From: Octopus vulgaris
Taxonomy: Eukaryota
Length of the DNA stretch: 64,000 bases
NCBI GenBank assembly: GCA_951406725.2
Contig: OX597814.1
Span: 177,010,001-177,074,000 of the forward strand
Reading direction: 5' to 3'
Position 1 is the first letter of the stretch. Each line of letters opens with the position of its first letter. Made by a program: the position numbers and the translations under genes. The notes below the pieces were generated by a model. It did not search any database and was not told the origin of the DNA. It saw nothing but the letters and a program-made list of their open reading frames with translations. Positions 54,553-64,000 of the stretch are shown here, piece after piece.

Positions 54553-54595
54553 GTCATCATCACCGTCATCATCACCGTCATCATCATCATCATCG
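53995..54595. repeat. GC-rich compound trinucleotide repeat including a (GCCGCCGCCGCCATC)n array
   Basis: About 10 units of the 15-mer at about 54286-54436, flanked by (CAC)n and (CAT)n. Confidence 0.9.
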
Positions 54596-55446
54596 CGAAT
54601 TCCACGACTACGGTTACCAATACGACCATTGCCGTCATCATGGACGTCTTTTCAATTCACGACAATAACCAGCGTTACGGCTACCAACATCTCTGATTCA
54701 CCACACTAATTCTCTCTCATTTTCCTTCACCTTCTTGTTTCCTAATCTTCTCTGTACATCCCCCTCTCCTCTCTCTCTTTCTCTGTCTCTCATACTTGTC
54801 CTCATCTTTCTTGTTCTCCCACCCCGCGCTCTCTCTCTCTCTCTCTCTTTGCCTTTCTCTCGTGTTTACTCCTCCTTCAACAAGACCGCTATCGATGGTC
54901 ATGTAACCAAAGATACCTTGACATTTTTCGCTGTAGTCTCTTCTTCATACAATGAACCACAATTGTAAAAGTCAACAGTAGAGAGAGAGAGAGAGAGAGA
55001 GAGGGATAGAGGGAGAGAAAAAGAGAGGGATAGAGGGAGAGAAGGAGTGAGGGATAGAGGGATAGAGGGAGAAAGATAGAGAAGAGAGAAGGGGTGAGAA
55101 AGAAAGGGGGATGGGAAAGACTACATAAAAGAAGGGAACGGAAAAAGGAGAGAAACGTATGTACGTTTACACACATACACACACACACATGCACACACAC
55201 GCGCGCATACACACAACACACATTCATACACATGTACACACACACACTCATACATAGAAAATATGCTTACAAGAGTACAAGCACAAACATACATACACAC
55301 GTATACATATATCTATATAATATGCTTAGATAAAATTACATATATATACGTTTATACACACGCATATGCATGTATATATATGCATATATACATACAGGTA
55401 TATATGTATATATGTATATCTATATCTAGCTCTCTGTCTCTGTCTG

Positions 55447-55477
<31 letters not shown>

Positions 55478-55603
55478 TAGATAAAATTACATATATACGT
55501 TTATACACACGCATATGCATATATATATATGCCTATATACATACAGGTATATATGTATATATGTATATCTATATCTAGCTCTCTGTCTCTTTGTCTCTCT
55601 GTG

Positions 55604-55658
<55 letters not shown>

Positions 55659-55678
55659 GTATGTATATATATATCTAC

Positions 55679-55716
<38 letters not shown>

Positions 55717-55733
55717 ATATATATATATGTATG

Positions 55734-55764
<31 letters not shown>

Positions 55765-55777
55765 GTACGTACGTATG

Positions 55778-55847
<70 letters not shown>

Positions 55848-56236
55848 CACTTGATACATGTATCATATGCGTGTGTTGGTGTGCTGTGAGATTGAAGATA
55901 GAAGAAAAAACGAAAGTGAAAAAGAAAGAACGAAAGAGAGAGAGAGAGAGATAGAGAGAGAGTGAAAACGCGAATGAAAGAGAGCTGGAAAGAAGAAGTC
56001 GTAAGGATTGGACGGATAGATGAAAGGATGTGTGTGTGTGTGTGTGTGGTGTGCGGGCGAGTAACAGAATCTGTGTAGTCGTCTTAGACAGATTCAGTGT
56101 CTTGCGTTTCAGAACACAATTAGAATAATTATCTTTTCATTGTTCTCCATTGAAAATGTTGATCATCACTACATTTCTCTGTCCCCCCATCTTTCCCACC
56201 CCACCCGCATCCAGCAAGCATCTTCATTTCCTTCCT

Positions 56237-56300
<64 letters not shown>

Positions 56301-56592
56301 TCGCTCTCCCCCCCCTCTCTCTCTCACACATACACACCATATACACGTACACACACATACATTGACTTCAGCACTTTTTCTCTTGTGCATCTCCATACAT
56401 CCTCCTAATTATGTCATCCTCTTTGTGTGTCTTTCAATATGAGCTGGTATCATTCTACATGAATGCTATAAGTGAAAACGTGCCCGACTGTTCAGGTATA
56501 TATGTATGTGTGTATGTTTGTGTGTGTGTGAGTGTGTGTGTTTGTGTATGTGTGTGTGTGTGTATGTGTATATATATATATATATGTATATA

Positions 56593-56655
<63 letters not shown>

Positions 56656-57285
56656 GAATATATATATATATGTATATAAATGTATACATACAGACAGACA
56701 TATATATATGAATATGCTTATGAATGCTTGTATGTGCATATATATGTATATATATATATATGTACATATATGTATACACATAATTTATTTATATAAAATA
56801 TACATATAATATAATCTCTGTGTCTCTGTCTGTCTATCCCTCTATCTCTATCAGTGTGTATATCTATCTATGTTTGTGTGTGAAAGAGAGAGTGCGTATG
56901 TCTCAGGGATTCGCGTGTCTGTTTTGGATATGTGTGTAGGTAGTTGGCATGTACAAGTGTGTGAGCGTGTTTGTGTGTGAGCACTTTTGTGTGCATATGA
57001 ATTCTAAAGATGTACATTTGTGAACATTTGAGCATGTGCCTATGTATACTCTCTCTTTATTGTGGCCAAGCTGGAGCAACGCCTTTAGTCGAGCAAATCG
57101 ACCCCAGGACTTTTTCTTTGTAAGCCTAGTACTTATTCTATCGGTCTTTTTTGCCGAAACGCTAAGTTACGGGGACGTAAACACACCAGCATCGGTTGTC
57201 AAGCGATGTTGGGGGACAATCACAGACACAGAAACATATACACATACATACATACATACATACATACATACATACATACATACAT

Positions 57286-57374
<89 letters not shown>

Positions 57375-58115
57375 CATATATACGACGGACTTCTTTTTTC
57401 AGTTTCCGTCTACCAAGTCCACTCACAAGGCTTTGGTCGGAGTTAGTTTGTTTACGTCTTCATAACTTAGCAGTTAGATGAAAAAAGACCGATGGAAGAA
57501 GTACTAGGCTTTAAACATAAGTACTCGGGGTCTACTAAATCATTCAAGGTGGCTCTCCAAAATTCCCACAGTCCAATAACTAAAACAAGCAAAAAATAAT
57601 AGACAACCCATGAGGAGTAGTTCACAACCTAAGAGATGTGGTGTACTCGAATCAAAGAATACACAAGTAATAGCAGGATCAATACCAATCTTTTCCACTA
57701 TTGGAAGAACGCCTGAAACTTAAGGTGAGGGGAAGAGACTAGTCGATTACATCGATTCCAGTGCTTAACTAGTTCTTGTTACATTGATCCCGAAAGGATG
57801 AATGACAAAGGTGACCTCGATAAAATTTTATCTCAGTAAGTGCAAACGGACGAAATGCCGTTAAGCATTTTGCCCGGTGTGTTACCGATTCTGCCAGCTC
57901 GCTGCCTAGAATGAACAATAATAATTATTTGTAGTTTCTTTCTAGGCGGAGGAGTGGCTGTGTGGTCAGTAGCTTGCTTACGAACCACATGGTTCCGGGT
58001 TCAGTCCCACTGCGTGACACCTTGGGCAAGTGTCTTCTACTATAGCGTCGGGCTTACCAAAGCCTTGTGAGTGGATTTGGTAGAAGGAAACTGAAAGAAG
58101 TCCGTCGTATACATG

Positions 58116-58164
<49 letters not shown>

Positions 58165-58170
<6 letters not shown>

Positions 58171-58522
58171 TATTGAGTTTCTAAATGTCTCAAAGAGACA
58201 TGAGCGGTGGTGGAGCGATAGAGTGGTTGTATACTGTCAACATAACGTGACAGTCCCGTAAGGGAATTACACCACCGCAATTTAGCCCTAGGAAGCATCG
58301 ACGCTTCCTGTCGGCTTTGACACATTTCCTGTGTCCTTATATTTGCGAAGGGGAGGCAAGCACCCCCACCAGCTAGGGCTAGCACTTAGGTGCCTCCCCT
58401 TCGCAAGTATAGGGACACATCAAATGTGTCAAAGCCGACAGGAAGCGTCGGTGCTTCCTAGGGCTAAATTGCGGTGGTGTAATTCCCTTACGGGACTGTC
58501 ACGTTATGTTGACAGTATACAA

Positions 58523-58529
<7 letters not shown>
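58165..58529. mobile_element. Fold-back insertion of a highly structured repeat (family A) inside the microsatellite of a family 1 SINE
   Basis: 139-bp inverted arms 58220-58358 and 58391-58529, about 5 mismatches, 32-nt spacer. Confidence 0.85.
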
Positions 58530-58614
<85 letters not shown>

Positions 58615-60061
58615 TGTGTGTGTGTGTGTTTATCCCTTCCCAACATCGCTTGACAACTGATGCTGGTATGTTTACGTCCCCGTAAGTACTAGACTTACAA
58701 AGAATAAGTCCTGGGGTCGATTTGCTCGACTAAAGGCGGTGCTCCAGCATGGTCGCAGTCAAATGACTGAAGTAAGTAAAAGAGTAAAGAGTTTAGGTTC
58801 AAGACCTGAGATTTTTGGTAAGGGTCTAGTCAGTTACATCGACCCCAGTGCTCAACTGGTACTGATTTTATAGACTACGAAAGGATGAACGAAAGAGCTC
58901 GATGAAATTTGAACTCAGTAAGCACAAACGGACGAAATATCGTTAAGCATTTTGTCCGGTACGTTAACTATTCTGCCAACGCGCTGCCTAGAATGAACAA
59001 TAATAATTCTTTCTAGTTTAGGTTCAAGGCCTGAAATTTGTGAGGAGGGGGTCAGTCTATTGCATCGACCCCAGTGTTCAACTGGTACTTATTTTTTTCG
59101 ACTCCGAAAGAATGAAAGACAAAGTTAACCTCGTAGGAATTAAAACTTAGTACGTAATGACGGACGAAACGCCGTCATGTATTTCGTTCAGCGTGCTAGC
59201 GATTCTGTCAACTCACCACCTAGCATGAGCAAAATTATGGAATGACATAGACTTGTTAGTTGTTTAACCCTAGGCCATCTCTGAATGAAATGATGTATGA
59301 TCGAAGGTATTCCAGTCATGACCATTCTGTCATTTTATATATCAAAGACAAAATTGTCTAAAGCATTTTTTCTTTAATGTTTTAAAAATAAAATGGTGTG
59401 TGTAATTTCAAGGAATTTTTGCTTCATAATTCTGGTTGGTCGAACCAGCACGTAGAGGGTTCTTCTTTTGCCCAAGGAATAGAAAAAGATAGCTCGGAGT
59501 TAATCGACAAGGCCATCACCATCATCCCCCTTAGCAGCACTAGTCACAACAGCAGCAGCAGTAGCAGTAGCAGCGGCAGCAGCAGCACCCCAACCCTACT
59601 CCCACCTCCACCACCACCAACTTAGACAATAGCTACAACAAAGATAAGAAATGGAGAATAACAATAATAACATATTTAACATTGGCACATCGCCATTTTT
59701 TTTTTTGTTTTAGTGGGGAAAACGCCGTCAGTGAAATGTGAATCAATTTCAGTACTTGACTGGCGCCATTATATTACAGGATTTGAAGTCGGAACCTAAA
59801 GATATACATTCACTATCGCGTGGTTGCCTCGTATCTCCCATATTTCAGATACTATTATTGGTTTTTCACACCACTTCAGCTGGTCGTCTGAGACTAATCA
59901 CAAAGCATTGCTGAATAACCGCTCGAATCCGCTCAGAATAAGACATCACATGCCCATTGTCTCATATCAAACGCTGTATGGTGATTTTCTTGCAATGTTG
60001 AGTCCCTGCCACCCAATGCATTCGTATCTTAGGGCTAGTATCATTTCAAAGACTTTATATT

Positions 60062-60602
60062 TAAAATAGAAAATTTTTATTTGTAAATCTCTCAACGAGA
60101 GTCATTCAGTAACAGTACTGTAGAGTAAAGATTATTTGCCAACATAATGTGGCAGTCCTGGTTTAGGACGAATGTTATTGCTATTTAGCCCCAGGAAACA
60201 TCATCTCCAGCTGGCTATCCGACACACTATCCGTGTCCAGATATTTTCGAACAAGGGAGTTCAGCACCCCCACTCAGCACAGAACAATATCTATGTATCG
60301 CGATATCTGGGTTATTTCCCTTCATCAGCACAGAATAACTGTTCGGCTAGAGGTGGCGCTGCTAAATTCTTGTTCGAAATATATAGTTTTCAAAGTGACA
60401 CAGAGTCATTGATTTAATAAAATAGAAACCAGGATTGCCACATTATGGTGGCAAATAATCTTTACTCTAGAGTACTGTTACTGAATGTCTCTCGTTGAGA
60501 GATTTACAAATAAAAATTTCTATTTTATTAGATCAGTGTCTGTGTGTCACTTTGAAAACTATATATTTCGAACAAGAATTTAGCAGCGCCACCTCTAGCC
60601 GA
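60062..60602. mobile_element. Structured repeat family B with a hammerhead-like motif (60292-60332, -) and nested inversions
   Basis: Homologous to family A; inverted pairs about 60062-60165/60427-60527 and about 60345-60428/60516-60602. Minus strand: TGTG-CTGATGA-A-GGG-aaataa-CCC-A-GATAT-CGCG-ATA-CATA. Confidence 0.75.
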
Positions 60603-61110
60603 TAAAGCAGTACTGAAAGAGCGTGTATGGAGGACTCGAATGGAAAGTTTTGTGACAGGGTCCTTCGTCTCCGGCCCCAGTTTGCTATATTACTTCATAT
60701 ATCATCTGAAGAGCAAGATGGGGTTGGAGAGGAAGACCCTGCCACCGAGTGAATACGGAAAACGATAGAAGGATGTGATGAGAAAGGTCGGTGTCAGTAA
60801 CCCAGCTTAATCATCGAAGAAAGGAAAATACTAGTTGCTGGACATTATAGGCTGCCGGGTTTAGTTTTTGAACCTGCTATCCCTTTCCCTTTTATTACCA
60901 TATGTTATGATCTCTAGTTCTAATGTTAAAAAACCCCACAAAAGTTCTCGTTTTCAAGGCAAAAAAGTAAGTCAATTATTCGTTTATTTCACATCATAAT
61001 TAAATTTTTAAAAGTTTCATTCGAACTCATATAAAATTTTTGTATTTGTTTGTCTTGTTATGTCCTTTTCTATGTTCGATCTCATGATCATAATAAAGAT
61101 TTTACCTCAA

Positions 61111-61315
61111 GCCGATGAAGAGAAATAACCCAGACATCGCGAAACACTGATATTGTTTTGTGCTGAGTGGGAATGCTCAAATCCCTGGTTCGAAAATATA
61201 AGTACACAGACACTGTGTCGTATAACCAGCCGGAAACGATGTTTCCTGGGGCTAAATAACAGTAACATTCGTCTTAAACCAGGACTGACACATGTTGGCA
61301 ATAATCTTCACTTTA
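61111..61315 (+). mobile_element. Another copy of family B, inverted relative to 60130-60332
   Basis: CCGATGAAGAGAAATAACCCAGACATCGCG...GGAAACGATGTTTCCTGGGGCTAAAT...AAACCAGGACTG. Confidence 0.8.
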
Positions 61316-63578
61316 TATTTAGCGTGTAAGAAATGGTTAAATACCTTTCTGACCACCAGTAGGTCGGCTAACAGTGACTTACATAACATGTCTCTTCTAG
61401 TTTATCAATTGATTCCATCTAGTTTAATACTTTCTGATATTAGCTTCTCATTAAAACTAAGCGATTGTGTTCTAATATTACTTTTCAACCCAACCTCAAA
61501 TTTATTAGCATGATGACTTCAATAGAATCCGCTTAATTAATCCGCTTGCCGTCGGCTATCTATGTAAGAAACTACACCCTCAGTTTCTTGTTTTGAGGAC
61601 GGCTGCTTAGAAGTTCTGTGTTGATTATACAGACCACAAGCTTGTGGTCTGTGTAGCAAACTTGACAAAAATGTGTACCACTCTACGCTATCCAGATCCA
61701 CTAATCTAATAAAGTATTATATCTAAATATGATCTGGTTGATCTGTTCCGAGTTCTTCAAGTTTACTTTGGCACGTTCGAGGAAAACGTTCGAGAAAGAC
61801 ATTCCAGTTTGTTAAACAGTTGATGTCTGGATGGGTTTGAGAGTGTTTGCACCTTCCTCTTTTAGTCTTCCAATAGCAATAATTTGCTTGAAGAAGTTTT
61901 GTCATGTTGACCCACCAGGGCGGTTTGGCCAGTGCACTGCATTGTGTACTGCCTATGTCTAACATCATCAACCTGTCAGTGATATTCAGAAAAATTGTCA
62001 GTTATATTAAAAGAAAATTGTCATTACTTCGAGATCCAGGCATTCCTGAAACAACAATGATATCCACTTAATCTGCACTGAATAAACAAGGAACAAACCA
62101 CATAATCATTCACAAAATGAACAAGTTCGAGTGATAAGAAACGGTGTATTTTTGAGGATTATAACTTCTAGATTTAAAGAGGATTATAACTTCTAGATTT
62201 AAAGATACTCCCAGCTCATGCATATTTATACAATCAAATCTTGCCAGTGAAAGGGATGCTTATCTGGAACTGAGACTTCATCGGAACCCCGAAGACTGGT
62301 CTGAAAGCTCAAAGATTTTGAATACAAGAATACACATTTTATTAGTGGGTATAATCTTTGACTGGACAGGTAAATATTTTGTTGATCGTAGACTGATGGA
62401 AGATAAAGTCGACGAGTTGTATTTGAACAGAGAGCTAACGAACCTGAAGAAGTTTGATCACCTGATCTGTTTGGGAAACTCAACACGATAAAAATTTTGT
62501 CCAAAGATCTTAAGCTCTAAATCATATCTAAGTTAGGTACAAACCCATAAATTTAGGATAAGGGGTGTGGTCGATCTATCGATTCCAGTACTTGATTTAC
62601 ACATCTTCATTGATCTGAGAAGGGTGAAAAGTAAATTCATTTCATTGATTTTAGAAGCAAAGTAAAGCTCGAGGAGATTTGAGCACAGAGTGTAAAGGGG
62701 CGTAATTAAATACCACAAGATATTTTACCCGACGCAATACTGATTCTGCCACGTACCGCTCTTAATATCAATGATTATTGTTTCTGATATAGGCAGTACA
62801 AGGTCAGAAGCTTTGAGAAGGAATAATATAGACCTCAGACCCTTTCTTGACTAGTGCTTTTTTTTTTTATCTATCTTGGAGAGATGAAAGGAAAAGTTAA
62901 CCTCTGGGGAATTTGAACTCAGAAAGTAAAAATACAAGATATTTTGTCCGATGCAGTCCACTGCCCTTGATATCAACAGTGAAGAGGAGCCAACGGGAGG
63001 GCTTCAGATTGGTCGCTTGATTTGCTAGAAATAGTAGCCCAATCTCTCATCCAGTTGTCTTAAGAAAAGGATGGCACTGGATAATGTAAACACACTGTAT
63101 GAAGAATAAACAAATAAAACAAAGAAAGCAAAGAACAACCAAACCAAATTTGACAGGAAAGGTTCTGGCTGGAATGCCTTTTGGCCATAGACCTGATCTG
63201 CAGTAAACAACTAAAGCTACAACAGCAACAACAATAACAACAACAAAAATGATTCTTTACATTATATATTACTGCTAAGATGGTGAAGTGGCAGAATCGT
63301 AGTGGTACTTCGCCCGTTGCTACCTTCTGAGTTCAAATTCCGCCGAGGTCGACCTTTCCTTTCATCCTTTCGGGGTCGATAAATTAAGTACCAGTGAAAC
63401 ACTGGTACTTAATTTATCAATTATTCTGCTTCCCATAAACTTCCAGGCCTTCTGCCTATAGGTGAAAGGATTATATAATACTGCTGCTGCTGCTGCTGCT
63501 GCTGTTGTTGTTGTTGTTAAGCAACAAGACGGGTAAGGGTGATTAGGTGATGGTCAAGGGCTTAGGGGCGGGAAACCC

Positions 63579-63730
63579 CAGACCTTGGAAAAAAAAACTT
63601 TGGTCGTCTTGTGGTAGTCGAGGGCTCTTCGTTGACGCCCGACACCACTGGGAGGTGGCCCTCGAAGTCGCTGGAAATGGAGATCTCCAGGTCAATATTC
63701 TTGGACGGCTGCTGCTGCTGTTGCTGCTGC
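63579..63730 (-). CDS. Candidate coding exon of an unidentified minus-strand gene (polyQ followed by an acidic segment)
   Basis: GC3-rich open frame QQQ..PSKNIDLEISISSDFEGHLPVVSGVNEEPSTTTRRPKFFFP after a pyrimidine tract ending in CAG; ends at a weak AG/GTCTGG donor or reads through to the stop at 63562. No homolog recognised. Confidence 0.35.
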
Positions 63731-64000
63731 TGCTGATGGTGTGAAAAGAACAAAGAGGAGGAGGAAGAGGAAGAGGAGAAATAGGAGTAGTAGGAGACTG
63801 AATTAAAAAGAAAAACAAAACAATAGTAATATGAATATATGAATATAATGCAGAAACGACACAAACAACAACAAGAACGAGAAGGAAACGAGGATATGCA
63901 ATACGCTGCTGCTGCTAGTGAGGCTGGTGAGGCTGATGATGATGACGACGACCTACGACGTCGACGGCCACGGCGACCACGACAATACGGTGACACTGAT

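Noticed and set aside
58181-58529. Assignment of the multi-helix motif as a group I intron, HDV-like ribozyme or dicistrovirus IRES
   Set aside because: There are only short resemblances (AAATTGCGG, GGACGAATG, ATTTAG..CCAGGAAG); the required pseudoknots and element order could not be built.
61720-62500. Possible decayed LINE ORF1 (gag-like) on the minus strand
   Set aside because: Only vague Cys/His spacing; motifs are too degraded to support a call.

Overview
AT-rich, microsatellite- and retroposon-dense animal genomic DNA; the repeat families best fit an Octopus (coleoid cephalopod) genome, which is inferred rather than proven. The only secure host gene is the last two coding exons of site-1 protease MBTPS1/SKI-1 (+, 7343-7469 and 9117-9423). 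A possible minus-strand coding exon lies near 63.6-63.7 kb. The rest is transposon-derived: a near-intact DD34D mariner with one nonsense codon, a decayed mariner, hAT-type and (TTAGGG)n-containing MITEs, RTE, R4/Dong and Penelope (GIY-YIG) remnants, and several tRNA-derived SINE families. The main hidden signal is about 19 type I hammerhead ribozyme motifs from about 11 unrelated repeat families, mostly with palindromic stem III. They include compensatory swaps of the C3-G8 tertiary pair (G3-C8 and U3-A8) and a tRNA-headed SINE with an internal hammerhead. Two diverged families also share a covarying multi-helix structure next to a hammerhead, and several of these elements are inserted as long fold-backs. 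All RNA structures were read by eye and none has been tested. Repeat boundaries are approximate unless TSDs or TIRs are given.
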